Program-made: the position numbers and the translations under genes | Part shown: in pieces, positions 1 through 11,490 of the stretch | Layout: each line of letters starts with the position of its first letter | How positions within the stretch are numbered: position 1 is the first letter of the stretch | Virus record (IMG/VR): IMGVR_UViG_3300035158_000899 | Strand: one strand, 5' to 3' | DNA from: a virus | Taxonomy: Duplodnaviria; Heunggongvirae; Uroviricota; Caudoviricetes | DNA: 64,000 bases | Notes under the pieces: generated by a model | The model's database searches: none | The model's input: only the letters and a program-made list of their open reading frames with translations | What the model was told of the DNA's origin: nothing

Positions 1-2
1 TA

Positions 3-713
3 GTGCCTTCATATACTACAAATAGTCTCAGTATATCAAAAGAAGTGTTAGAAGCAACGAAGAAGTATTGTGGGGCAGTAGCTGTTTCATATTGTGGAGC
101 AGGGAAGAAAGGTGAGAAATTAGGGCTTCTTAAGACATTTATCGACGCAGGTGTTAAAACGAATATACACTTTGTCATAGGTAGGGATACTATTGATGAA
201 GCTATTGAACTATTGAAATATCCAGAAAAAGTATTAGGCGAGTATTACAATAAAGTAAATGCAATTATCTTCTTACTTTATAAGCCCATGGGAAGGGCAA
301 CTGAAGAAGGCATGCTTCAGAATGATGGTAAACTCGATTTATTTGTGCACATGGTGGAGCATAAGAAGCATCCTTTCAAGATTGGTTTCGATAGTTGTTG
401 TATACCATTTATTTTAAGCAAAACAAAATTAAATGATGAATATATGGATACATGCGAGGGTGGAAGATATTCTTGTTATATCAGTGCAGACATGCAGTTT
501 ATGCCATGTTCTTTCGCGAAACACATGCAGGAATACCATGTATCCCTAAAAGAAATGACTATCCGTGAAGGATGGAATTCGGAACAGTTTGAGAAGTTCA
601 GAGAGCCGTTAAGAAAAGGCTGCCCAGATTGTAAATTGAATAGTCTTTGTATGGGTGGTTGCCCGCTTGGTTCTAATATACCAATTTGTGATGAGGAGGA
701 GAGAAGAAAATGA
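3..713 (+). CDS. Radical-SAM-type enzyme, C-terminal part with a SPASM/twitch auxiliary Fe-S cluster domain (5' end outside the window)
   Basis: The ORF runs off the window start. C-terminal Cys pattern (CCIPF...CEGGRYSCY...MPCSF...GCPDCKLNSLCMGGCP) is typical of SPASM domains of radical SAM maturases. Confidence 0.5.
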   Translation: MPSYTTNSLSISKEVLEATKKYCGAVAVSYCGAGKKGEKLGLLKTFIDAGVKTNIHFVIGRDTIDEAIELLKYPEKVLGEYYNKVNAIIFLLYKPMGRATEEGMLQNDGKLDLFVHMVEHKKHPFKIGFDSCCIPFILSKTKLNDEYMDTCEGGRYSCYISADMQFMPCSFAKHMQEYHVSLKEMTIREGWNSEQFEKFREPLRKGCPDCKLNSLCMGGCPLGSNIPICDEEERRK

Positions 714-3093
714 GTAAGATTGTTACTGTTGCTCGAGGGCAATGGGGCGATAAGTGTAACGTGCCGGATTATCCTGGTATACCTGGAAGGAGAATAAAGT
801 GTAATGGAAAGTCAAAGTATTTGATTTTTGGGGATGATGGAGCAACTAAATTAAGTAGATTAGCTGCAAATCCATGCAGGAAACATTTACCACTTGCGAT
901 AGATCGCATATTAAAATTGAATGAAGTTATTTTAGAAAATAGAGCAAAGAAAAAAAGGAGGTAAAATGGGTGCATGGGGAAATGAAAGTTGCGCATGTGA
1001 TGATTGTTGGGATTTATTTTACGCTAAAAATATTCACGAGATGACGCAAAAGGAAGCAGATCGTTCAGTAAAGGAAGCATTTAAGAAAAAAGCTAGATAT
1101 GATTGGCAAATTCAAGCAAGACTCGGCGTAATTGTTTGGATTTTAAATCAAGGATTAAAAGTAGGTAATAGATATTTGAAGCTGGTTCAAAACTATCCAA
1201 ATAGACTTTTGAAAGATAAAGAGCATATGGATAGTTGGAGAGAACCTGACGAACGTAAAAGATGCTTGAGAGAAGAACGTCAACAGATTAAAGAAGCACT
1301 AAAGAACGACGGCGTAGGTAAACTGAAGTATACTAAAGGCTTAATGGAGAAAATGGCAGATATACTCGGAGGGTGAAATGGACATTAAAATTACTTTTGA
1401 AGAACTGTGTGAAAAACGGAGGATGAAGATGAAAATTAGAACCCAATTAAAAAAGAAGTACGAAAAGATACTGGGTTATGGTAAGAAAGGTGTAAATGAA
1501 GCTTTTAGGGGTACCTTAAAGGTTAAGCTTTTTGATGCAATACTTGAAGAGGTTTATTGGGAAAAATGGATTAAATACAGAAGTTGCTTTTGAAGGATCT
1601 CGTTTCAAATGCTATCATTGTAGGAAAGAGTTATCGAGTAAACAAATAGAAGAAGCTTTATATAAGAAATATAAAGTATCGCAAAAAGATTATGCACTTT
1701 ATTATGGTTCAGGAATTTATTCATCAACGGATGGTGGGCCTATTGACCATATGACAGTGATACTTTGCGATCTTTTAGAAGAGAAAAGAGAGAAACGGAA
1801 AGCTGGTTTACTTAAAGAGGATATTGAACTGGTGGATTCTTATTATGATGCATATGCGTAATTCAAAGGAGTATAATGTTAGAACAATGGATGTTAGCAT
1901 ATTTAATAGCTGAAGGCCGTGAAGATACTATAGTGATACTTCAAGAAGTAGAAAGAGAGGATTCAGGACTTGGTACAATTGTGTACGATAAAAGAGGCTT
2001 TAGTGGTAATGATGAGGTACACAATGCAGTTCTTAACTATTTAAGAAGCAAAAAAATCTTGGTGTATAATCCGGCAATAGAAGCGTATAAATTATATAGA
2101 AGCTTTGAGCGAATGCATAATCCTTTTGAGATCGATGGCGATTATACAATACCAGGTTTGGAAGATTATACACCGGAAGAGTTGTTAAATGGATACGGAA
2201 GTGTATAAGACAAAAGCAGCAGTAGTTTTTGCAGAAACAATGAAGGTGATTTCGTTTTAAATAATGATGGAACAAAAAGTTATCTTATATGTTATGAAGG
2301 TCAAGTTAATCATGTGTATATAGGTTGTCGTAATGATGAGCATCGTGCAGAAGTTTTGCTGCAATGGTGGATAGCGCTATAGATAAATGGAACAGGAGAT
2401 TTGGCCTGATCAAAGGAGTAGTGTATGAGAAAGAAATCAGTAGAGGCAATTCAATTCAATGGAAAGAACAAAGAAGAGATATACGATTTTTTAGGACTTC
2501 CAAGACCATATGTGTCGAAAAAATTAAGATTCCCTGGAACCAAGTATGATATGTTAATAGTTCACGAAGGAGATTGGGTTATTAAAGATACAAAAAATGG
2601 TGGCCATAGTGGTGTCTACTCATGTAATCCAGAATTATTTGAACAAGAATATACAGTAAAAAAGGAGTAATTATGAGAGTAATAGGGCAAGTTAAAAGAG
2701 CACAGCGTAAACCTGTTGAAGGTGTGTATTACGTTGTACCATTAAAGACAGGTATTGATGAAGTATGGGCAGAAACAAAAAGAGAAGTAGTTGATCCTTG
2801 GCATTTTGATTTCTGGACACGTGAAGTAGCACCTGCTCTAGGAGAGATGTATGGATTAGATGCAGATACAGTTAGTAAAATAAGAACCGCTTACACGGGG
2901 TTACCCAGAGGTAGAGTAGTTAGAAAAGATAATAAATGGATTATTGCACATGGTGGGGATACTCCAGATGCGGTGAAACATAAAGTAAAGTCAGGTTTTG
3001 GTTTATTTGGTGTTGAAGCAGAGTGGATATTAGACGAGCATGAAAAGATGGATTCTACAGATGCAAAGATAGTAAGCGATGCTCTAAAGCTGA

Positions 3094-3360
3094 ATGAATA
3101 AATTTGTACATGTATTACCGATTATCGGTACTATTCTTTTTGTTATTTGTTATCTTCCTCAGATAATAAAAATATTCAAAACAAAAAGCGCTAAGGATTT
3201 AACACCATGGTTTCAAACTATTGAAATTACAGGGTTATTATTGTACGCTGTATATTCTACGATTATTGGTAATCTGCTTCTTATAGTTAATTATCTGGTG
3301 TGTGCTTGTATGGCTTCTACGATAATTGTTGGTTGGTGGAAATACGGAAGGCGAAAATAA
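3094..3360 (+). CDS. Small 3-TM membrane protein, PQ-loop/SemiSWEET-like
   Basis: 88 aa with three hydrophobic helices. 'YLPQIIKIFKTKSAKDLTPWF' resembles the PQ-loop motif of SemiSWEET/MtN3-type proteins. Confidence 0.35.
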   Translation: MNKFVHVLPIIGTILFVICYLPQIIKIFKTKSAKDLTPWFQTIEITGLLLYAVYSTIIGNLLLIVNYLVCACMASTIIVGWWKYGRRK

Positions 3361-5023
3361 AAGTTGGGTATTTTTGAAAATAGAATTTATATAATGACAG
3401 GAGCATATTATGATTGAACTTGAAAAAGTATCTTTAGAAGAATTAACAGGGCAAGTTAAACTGATTGATTTAGCTAAAGAAGAAGTAGAATCAACTAAAG
3501 AGGTTAAATTGATTGATTTAGATGAAAAAGATATTAAACCAATGAAAGAAGAAAACACTGATTCAACAATTTCGCTTAATGCTCCGGGTGAACCAATAGA
3601 AGGTAAAGTCACTCCTTTTGAAGATTTAGAGGTAGCAGGACATTATCTTTCTAAGAAAGGCAGAATAGTTCGAATCAAAAGCATTAAAACAGATGAACGT
3701 AGAGTGATTGTGGTTGCCATTGAAACAGGAAATGATATTGAATTACCTGCTGATTATCCTTTAGTACCTTATTCAGGAACAGTTAAAAAGAGTTATTATA
3801 GAAAGAAAGGTGGCGGAAGAAAGAAGAGTGGAGAAACCAAAACCGGCTTTATTGATGAATTGTTACAAACCGATTTAACAATAGAAGAGGTTATTGAGAA
3901 AGCTCTTGAAAAATACCCTGATGACAATAAGAGTAAAATGAAACGGCTTGTTTATACACGGCGCTCACGTTTAAAGAAAGCTAACGGATTGAAAGGAAAA
4001 TCGAAATAGGAGTTATTATGCCAAAAGATCAGATCGATATTTTCCGTAAGAGCTTTGTAAAACATGGTAAGATTGGGTGTACACAGAAAGGCAATAATAT
4101 CAATATCGTTATCCGTTTTCATAATCATGCTGTAAAAGTTTTAAGAGTAGCTGGGAAATTAGATAAGAGTCTTCGCATAAGAATTAAAAAGCAACTTATC
4201 AGCCAAGTCGTTAATGCTAGTGGACCATTTAAGACAAAGAAGTCTGTTACAGAAATGATAGATGCTTTACATGAGTCGCAAAAAGTAGCTCGTAAGGTAA
4301 CATTTAAAAATCAAAAGCAGATCGCCGAGTCAATAAACGATATTGAAATTGTATAAATAAAGGAGTTAAGATGGATTTAGAATTAAGAGAGGTAGATCCT
4401 AAAGAGGTTGGTAAACGAACAAAGAAAGCAAAAGCTGAAGAATCAGAGCTTTCTAAAGAGTCTTGGTATCTTTCACCTAAGGATGTTGAAGAACTGCAGG
4501 AAGGAAGGGAACAGTGAATTCTAAAATTTGGGTTGTTGGAGCACGAGTAAAGTTATTCCCAAGAGATTCATTACCTAAGATAGGTGTAATTGAAGAAACA
4601 ACAGAATATGGTGTCTCTATTAAGATTGTTAAGATAGGAGAATCGTCTGCAATTAAACGACACAATTGGGTAGTTGGAGAGGTAGTGTATTATCCTTGGT
4701 TAAAAGTAGAATTAGCTTTAGAAGAATTACAACCGACATATTCAGAGAATAAAGTTAGTAGTGATTTTGAATGAGTAATCAAAAGAAATGGCAGAAGTTT
4801 AATGATGAGTGCCTCCATTGCGGAGGAGAAGCAGAGGTGCTAACTGATACAGGCAAAGATAATTTGGCATATGACGGAGATGAAGCACGGTGTACTGATT
4901 GTGGTTGTTCAGGATATGTTGTCGTATATGCAGATGAAGAGGAAGCATATATTTCATGGCATGATGATCCAGATTGTAATTGTGAATGGTGTAAAGAATA
5001 CGATAGGAAACTAAAGGAAGCAA

Positions 5024-5395
5024 ATGAAAATCAGAATTGATTTCGTAACGAACTCAAGCAGTACTTCGTTTATGATTACAAACAAAACAAATGAAGCGAA
5101 GACCATTGTAGACTTTGTAAAAGAGAACCCGCATTTGATAGGAAAGTTTCGAAGAGAATATGATTATACTGAGGAAGAGGGTTATACGCAAGAAGCATTG
5201 ATAAAATCGGCTGAAGAAGAATTAAAAAGGCCAGTTGTAGAATGCCATGATAGAATATTTGCACCAAAAGAAAGAAAGGAAAGTATTTTCGGTGATGAAA
5301 GTAGAACTCTTATTGGACAAGTGTTTGATTATATATTAAGAAGCGGTGGAGAAAGTAAAAGCTTTAAATGGAGATTCCACGAATATCACAGATAG
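5024..5395 (+). CDS. Hypothetical protein, tandem paralogue A (N-terminal DFVTNSSSTSF motif)
   Basis: N-terminus MKIRIDFVTNSSSTSF is nearly identical to the next ORF's MKVKLDFVTNSSTTSY. An SD (aaggaag) sits upstream. Confidence 0.55.
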   Translation: MKIRIDFVTNSSSTSFMITNKTNEAKTIVDFVKENPHLIGKFRREYDYTEEEGYTQEALIKSAEEELKRPVVECHDRIFAPKERKESIFGDESRTLIGQVFDYILRSGGESKSFKWRFHEYHR

Positions 5396-5403
5396 GAGGG
5401 TAA

Positions 5404-5763
5404 ATGAAAGTTAAACTTGATTTCGTAACAAATAGTTCTACTACAAGTTATTGCATTGTAGGTATAAGTGGAGGCCTTTTTGCTAAGAAGTTCAAAGAAG
5501 GAAGAGAAAAATTAGAGAAATTAGCAGAAGATGAAAGCGGTGATGGCATATATGAATTTATGGAAGAAGCAGGGTTCGAGAGAGGCTATTGTGATTATAG
5601 CGTAGAAGATACAGATATAATTGGTTTATCAATTACTGATATGCAAGATGATCAAACATTAAGAGCTTTTAAGGAACAAGTATTAGAAAAGCTAAATGAG
5701 TATTGTGATGGCCTTAAGTATAGTGACATAACAGTTATATGTGATGGGTATAGAGATGGATAA
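5404..5763 (+). CDS. Hypothetical protein, tandem paralogue B (N-terminal DFVTNSSTTSY motif)
   Basis: Shares the conserved N-terminal motif with 5024-5395. Strong SD (aggaggg) 6 nt upstream. Confidence 0.55.
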   Translation: MKVKLDFVTNSSTTSYCIVGISGGLFAKKFKEGREKLEKLAEDESGDGIYEFMEEAGFERGYCDYSVEDTDIIGLSITDMQDDQTLRAFKEQVLEKLNEYCDGLKYSDITVICDGYRDG

Positions 5764-6929
5764 TTAACGAAAGGAGCTAAAATGTTAAAGATATGTGCTA
5801 CTTGTAAAGATGGTCGCAAATGCCCGTATGATGAAAAGATGATACGATGTGCTAAGGATGGATCTCTCCATTTCCCAAATGGCGGCTGCTCTAAATGGAG
5901 CTGATCTATTAATATTTTTGTATATAGTATAATTGAAAGGAACAAATGAGTTTAGAAAGTTTTCCACATGTACCTGCTGCTTGCCCTTATTGTGGCGATG
6001 TACAACCATTACCGATTATACCACCAAAATCGATAATTGTAATGCATTGTGACAAATGTAAGGGTTCTATTTTGCCTATCATGGGTCAGGCTGTTAAATT
6101 TGATGTAAACGTAATTGTCAACAAGCCCGAAGAACAGCAACGAATGCTAATAAAAGAGTTTGTTAAGGAATATATATATGATATAATGGATCATTCCTTA
6201 AAGCAAGGGCAAGTAATGCTCCATCATATGATGAGCGAAATGAAGAAAGTCATGGGCATGCAATTTGGTGCTACGCCAGGCACAACACACGGTTCTCAAA
6301 GATCCGCTCCTTCAATATCAAATAAAGATATCAAAGACATTAAAACGCTTTTGGAAAATTCTAAAGACGTTAATGATTTCTTAAATAAGCTCGGCTAATC
6401 CCACAAAAGTTCGCGACGGTTTTTAGAATGTAGGGTATTCATTATCCTTTTCTATATCTAGCCTTAGGAGAATTATGTAATAAACAAAAAGGAGGGTGTA
6501 TGAGATATCTTTTAGTTGTACTTTTGATTTTATCTTTTTGTATTCCGTGTTCTGCATTGTCAAAGAGGGATGTAAGAACACTGTTTACGGATACTTTTGT
6601 TTTTACGTTATTGGGAGCAAGTAGCGTTGCGATATGGAACGTATTGCAAGAAGCCCCGGTTGATTCGAATGGAGATCCTTTAGAGCCAGCAGACTGGCGT
6701 AAGACGATGAGTTATGGAATAGGAGTTGGCGCTGGTGTTGGTTTGGTTTTTGGGGTTTTTGATATATTCTTGGCAGATGATGATAGATATTCTATGATAG
6801 AATTCAAAAATAATGAGTTTTCTTTGCATTGTCCAAGAATAAAATATTCAAAAGGTGAAATTAAAGCTGAGATACTGCGGTGTTATTTAAAGAGTTAGCA
6901 AAATGAAAAAAGACGCTCGTTTTGGTGTA

Positions 6930-7033
6930 ATAATGCAGGTAGAATTTGTATCTATAAAAAGGCAAATGAAAAGTATAACTCTAATTAAATTAACTAATTA
7001 ACCGTTCCCCTTAACCCCTCAAAAGGAGGTTTT
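6930..7033 (+). promoter_or_regulatory. Long AT-rich leader with a putative promoter (aagTATAACt as a -10-like box) upstream of the lysine-rich gene
   Basis: About 130 nt with no ORF between the stop of the 6500-6898 gene and the SD 'aaaaggagg' at 7022-7030. TATAAC -10-like element near 6973; no good -35 box. Confidence 0.25.
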
Positions 7034-7426
7034 ATGTCCAATTCAACCAACAACAATAGCAAGAAGGAAAAGGCTGTTGACTACGAAGCAATTCGTGGCA
7101 AGGTCAATCCTGCGAAGAAAGGAGTGAAGCCGCACATTAGAATCAGTTGTGCTCAGAATGGAGACAACAAGGTTCGTGTGAAGATTTCTTGTTACGGCCA
7201 CGTGGTTCGTGAGCTTGAGTCAGAAGGCAAGCTTAACAAGGAATTGCGCGGACAAATTCGCGAGCAGGTTGCGAAGCAGATCAGTTCCGGTCATGTAAAG
7301 GGTGGCTGGACAAATGAAGACATCAAGAAGTATTTTATTGATGAGCTTCATAGAGTCCAGGCCGAGAAGAGAAAGAAGTATTCGAAGACCGAGAAGAAGG
7401 AAAAGAAAGCTGAAGCTGCTAAATAA
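7034..7426 (+). CDS. Lysine-rich basic protein with atypical GC-rich, AAG/C-ending codon usage
   Basis: 130-aa K/R-rich ORF. Local GC is about 48% against about 33% in flanking genes, and lysines are encoded mostly by AAG instead of AAA. A roughly 130-nt non-coding leader lies upstream and a stem-loop terminator follows directly. Confidence 0.6.
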   Translation: MSNSTNNNSKKEKAVDYEAIRGKVNPAKKGVKPHIRISCAQNGDNKVRVKISCYGHVVRELESEGKLNKELRGQIREQVAKQISSGHVKGGWTNEDIKKYFIDELHRVQAEKRKKYSKTEKKEKKAEAAK

Positions 7427-7450
7427 GATATCAGTATCGTTGGATCAAGA

Positions 7451-7474
7451 AAGCCGGGTTTATACCCGGCTTTT
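7451..7474 (+). terminator. Rho-independent terminator
   Basis: Perfect 9-bp stem aagccgggt/acccggctt with loop ttat, followed by TT. Confidence 0.55.
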
Positions 7475-7492
7475 ACTATTTAAGGAGGCTTC

Positions 7493-7804
7493 ATGGACCG
7501 CGTCTTAACAGTTGTTGGTGAAAGAAACATTTTTCGTACAAAATGTCCACATTGTAATAAAGGCATAGCAGTTTTAGATGTCTTCGAGAACAAGTCTGAA
7601 GAGAAACCCGTTGTCCAAAATCAGTTCAGAAAGTCTGGGAGACGGAAGAGGTATTTTAAGAAAGCTTACAAGAAGTGGACCAGAAGAGAAACCAATTTTC
7701 TTTTGAAGAATTGGGAAACAAGAACTGTGCAAGGAATAGCAAACGAGTTAGGCAGATCATCTTGTAGCGTAGCAAGTCGCTATTCTCGTATTACTGCAAA
7801 TTAA
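7493..7804 (+). CDS. Zinc-ribbon (CPHC) protein with C-terminal Myb/SANT-like helix-turn-helix
   Basis: CxxC near the N-terminus. C-terminal 'WTRRETNFLLKNWETRTVQGIANELGRSSCSVASRY' resembles a Myb/SANT repeat (W..E..L...W......IA..LGRS...V..R). Confidence 0.3.
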   Translation: MDRVLTVVGERNIFRTKCPHCNKGIAVLDVFENKSEEKPVVQNQFRKSGRRKRYFKKAYKKWTRRETNFLLKNWETRTVQGIANELGRSSCSVASRYSRITAN

Positions 7805-7825
7805 GTAGTTCTTGCATTCGGTATT

Positions 7826-7856
7826 AAAAAAGCCAGCTTTTATGCTGGCTTTTTTA
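7826..7856 (+). terminator. Rho-independent terminator, bidirectional (A-run upstream, T-run downstream)
   Basis: aaaaagccagc-tttat-gctggcttttt: 11-bp stem followed by a T5 run. Confidence 0.6.
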
Positions 7857-8257
7857 ATATATATAGTGCAACTAAGAAGGTCAAAAGAGTATAATAAAAA
7901 TACAATGACTCGCGAAGAATGGGAAAAGGAAAGAACCAAGTGTGAGTATTATGTGCCTATGGAATCGATAGTAAATGAATATAATCCTAAATGCAATCAT
8001 GGAGACAATAGTCTTCATTATTGTATGACGTGGAAGATATGCCCAAGAAAAGAGGATGAATAAATGTGGTGTAACTATTGTGGCAAACCAGTTGTTAATT
8101 GTGAATGTTCTGATATCGAGGAAAGATTAGAATTACTTGTAAAGGAAGGCACATTCGCTGGCATATTTAGGAATGCTTTAGAGGCTAGACGGAAGAAGCG
8201 ATTATACGGAACTTTCGATGTCATAGAAGGGATAAGCAAACCGAAAGAGGTGATTAA

Positions 8258-9268
8258 ATGAGCACTGCTGAAAAGAAAGTTAAAGTTACAGTATCAATGG
8301 AAAAGATTGATACCAGTGCTTTATCGGACGAGGAAATAGCACTAATCCCCGAGATTAAGAACTATAAAATAGACCCAAATACTTTCCCAGAAGCAGTCTA
8401 CGCGATCAACAAGGGAAGGAATATCTTGCTAACAGGCGAACCCGGCTGTGGAAAAAGTTTAATGGCATACTACTTAGGAATGCAAACACGTAGACCAACT
8501 ATCCTTGTTCAAGGTGATGGTGATGCAACAGTTAGTGATTTAATAGGATCTTTTGTACCAGAACAAACCGGCAACACACAGGAAGCGATTAAAACATTAG
8601 CAGAATTGAAAGATGCAATTAATGAAAATGCTTCGAAAGAGATAAGACAATTAACACAAGTATTGGGAATAATGGCTTTGCAGAATAAAGCAAGCTTTAA
8701 ATGGATAGATGGACCAATTACAAAGAGTATGAGAGGACCACATCTTTTGATCGTAGATGAAATAAACGTTATGCAATCAGATGTATTGAGAAGACTTCAT
8801 TCTGTAGTAGATTTTCGTCGTTGTTTGGATTTAAAAGAAAAAGGTGAAATATTACAAGCGCATCCACAGTGGCGTATAATTGCAACGATGAATCCTTCTT
8901 TTGATGGTAGACATAGTGGAACTAAACCATTGTCTCCAGCGTTGACAGATAGATTCAGACCAAAGATTACTGTTGATTATATGAAAGAAAAAGTGGAGAT
9001 AGAGTATATATGTGAGGAAACTAATGCGAACAAAGATCTTGTTACAAAAATGGTTAAGGTTGCAAATATGGCAAGAAGTGCTTTTAGGAAGAAAGAATTG
9101 ACTGCACCGATAACTACAAGAGCATTATTAGATTGGGCAGAGGCAAGTAAAGTATTTCCCGTTAAGAGAGCATCAGTGACTAACCTTATTAATGAATATG
9201 AAGATCCAGCAGACCAAAATATAATAAAAGGTTATTTAAGTGCAGTAGGAATATTGGAGGGAATTTGA
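8258..9268 (+). CDS. MoxR/CbbQ/CobS-like AAA+ ATPase
   Basis: Walker A 'LLTGEPGCGKS', Walker B 'LLIVDEIN', and a sensor-region arginine; size of about 336 aa matches the family. Confidence 0.75.
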   Translation: MSTAEKKVKVTVSMEKIDTSALSDEEIALIPEIKNYKIDPNTFPEAVYAINKGRNILLTGEPGCGKSLMAYYLGMQTRRPTILVQGDGDATVSDLIGSFVPEQTGNTQEAIKTLAELKDAINENASKEIRQLTQVLGIMALQNKASFKWIDGPITKSMRGPHLLIVDEINVMQSDVLRRLHSVVDFRRCLDLKEKGEILQAHPQWRIIATMNPSFDGRHSGTKPLSPALTDRFRPKITVDYMKEKVEIEYICEETNANKDLVTKMVKVANMARSAFRKKELTAPITTRALLDWAEASKVFPVKRASVTNLINEYEDPADQNIIKGYLSAVGILEGI

Positions 9269-9313
9269 AGAAAATAAAATGTCCCAAAACAAAAAGGTGT
9301 CCTAAATAACCAG

Positions 9314-10177
9314 GTGGCTCTATTGACTATATTTGGGATAAAAGGCCATTGTGTAAAAAGTGTGATAATGGTAAGGATAAGAATGAGCATTAAACTAAGC
9401 GGTTTAAGCGAAGAAGAAACTAAGCAAATAGTTCCTGCTCAAACTATTCTTTTGGGTTACATGGGTTCTACTGCACATGGCACTCACATGCCAAAAGATG
9501 ATCCTAATTCTATTGATGATAAAGATATAATGGGTGTTTATTTCGCTCCAAAAGAATTTTATTTTGGTCTTGAAGAAGCTAATGACAAAAAGAAACTTGA
9601 AAATATTATAGTTAAGCAAGGCGAATGGGATTCTGTGGTATATGAAATTCAGAAGTTTTTTCGTTTGTTAATGCGTCAGAATCCTAATGTTTTAGGCTTA
9701 CTTTGGTTAGATAGACAAAATTATATTCATATAGATCCATTAGGACAAAAAATTATAGATAATCGTGAATTGTTTTCATCAAAAGGTGCATATGATTCTT
9801 TTGTAGGCTATGCTAAAAGCCAATTGCATAAGATGACGCATTTAGCTTATGAAGGATACATGGGAGAGAAAAGAAAGAAGTTAGTAGACAAATATGGATT
9901 TGACACCAAGAACGCGGCACATTTAATTCGACTGATGAGAATGTGTATCGAATTTCTTACTGATGGGAAATTTAGAGTTTTTAGAGAAGATGCTAAAGAG
10001 CTTAAAAGCATTAAGCGAGGTGAATGGTCTTTAGAAAAAGTTAAAGAAGAAGCTGAACGTCTTTTTGTTTTAGCTCAAGAGGCGTTTGTGAGATCTGATC
10101 TTCCCAACCAACCAGACAAAGATAAAGTTCAAACATTGCTAATGGAGATCTTAGAAGATAGATTTGAAACGATTTGA
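9314..10177 (+). CDS. Pol-beta-superfamily nucleotidyltransferase
   Basis: 'YMGSTAHGTHMPKDDPNSIDDKDIMGV' fits the hG[GS]x9-13Dh[DE]h NTase signature. The true start may be an internal Met (about 9368). Confidence 0.4.
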   Translation: MALLTIFGIKGHCVKSVIMVRIRMSIKLSGLSEEETKQIVPAQTILLGYMGSTAHGTHMPKDDPNSIDDKDIMGVYFAPKEFYFGLEEANDKKKLENIIVKQGEWDSVVYEIQKFFRLLMRQNPNVLGLLWLDRQNYIHIDPLGQKIIDNRELFSSKGAYDSFVGYAKSQLHKMTHLAYEGYMGEKRKKLVDKYGFDTKNAAHLIRLMRMCIEFLTDGKFRVFREDAKELKSIKRGEWSLEKVKEEAERLFVLAQEAFVRSDLPNQPDKDKVQTLLMEILEDRFETI

Positions 10178-11130
10178 GAGGAGTTTAGTTTAAATGAAAA
10201 AGAACTGGGTTGAATTGAAATGGAAACACAAAGGACGCCTTAGTTGTCGTGATTGGCGTATAACTGAAGTTCCGAATTGGTATCCGAAGTTTATAAAAGA
10301 GATGCTTGATTTTTCACAGAAATTAGGTCAAACGTTGATGGATCAGGGTTTTGTTATTATTCCTGAATACATAGGCGACGATTCCGATCTTAATGAACTT
10401 TTTTTGTACAGAGATCAGGAATTGATAGAATCTCCTGAAAAATTTATTCATGGGCAAACTGTTTTCGGGCTTGGCGAAGATGGGCGAGCATGGATTTATG
10501 TTTTTCTTAGTGAATCAGGCAAATTGTATCTTGAATTAATGTTTAATGGTGGCGAAAGTGAAGAATATTTTCAAATTACACCTGAGGAAGCTAAGGCGAA
10601 AATTGTTAAGTTGTTTGAAAAAGTTGTTGAATATTGGGAAAATAGTGCTATTAAAAGTCCAATTCATAATACCAATGATATTAAAGAAACTGCTAAAAAG
10701 GAAATGCAACGAGTGAAGGCATTAATAGAGGAGGGTGTTTAATGAAAAAGAAAAGAGTACATAGAGAGACACATACAAAACCAAAGATACCAAAAGTCGG
10801 TGATGTTATAATGAGTGGTAAGTTTGCGAGAGGTAAAAAATCGGATGGGGTAGTTGAAGTAGGATGTTACGAAAGTGAAGGGAAAGTTGACCCAACAAGA
10901 GCAAAGGCAAAGTTTGTTGTAGAGAGAGCAGAACTTGAAGGTGGCGGAACTGCCCACGGTCCATATGATGTATATCCTGATGGATGGCATATAACAGCAA
11001 GAAGATTGTTTAAAAATGGTAAGTATAATCCAAAAGGTGAGGTAATTGATTTTTATATGACAGGTTGTTTCAATTATATGATTGAGAAAGTTAAAATAGT
11101 TGATAAAATGCAAATGTGTTTTAAGTAGAA

Positions 11131-11490
11131 ATGGGTAAACAAATTCATCTTGTTGGTTATAATGTTTTAATAGAGAGAGAAGAACTCGAAAAGACATCTT
11201 CAAGTGGTCTTGTTATTCCAGAAACTGCAGAGAGAAAAGAAAAGCTGGCTTGTGGGAAAGTTGTACAAAAAGGTCCTGGGTTTCTAATTCCGAATGTTAT
11301 AGGACAAGAAAGTGACTTAGATGTTGTCCTTGAAAGAGAAACAGTAAAGCATAAATTTATTCCGCTTGATGTACAAGAAAGAGATATTGTTTATTATAAC
11401 AAAGAAGCAGGTGAAGAAATTCGATTAAATGGGAAAGATTATGTAATTGTTCCTTACCCTGCAATAAGGTTGTTCATTAGAAGCATATGA
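11131..11490 (+). CDS. GroES/Cpn10 (T4 gp31-like) co-chaperonin
   Basis: 119 aa. 'LVGYNVLIEREELEKTSSSGLVIPETAERKEKLACGKVVQKGPG' matches the GroES core pattern (..vlv.....e.kT.sGiviP....ek...g.VvavG.G). Confidence 0.45.
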   Translation: MGKQIHLVGYNVLIEREELEKTSSSGLVIPETAERKEKLACGKVVQKGPGFLIPNVIGQESDLDVVLERETVKHKFIPLDVQERDIVYYNKEAGEEIRLNGKDYVIVPYPAIRLFIRSI

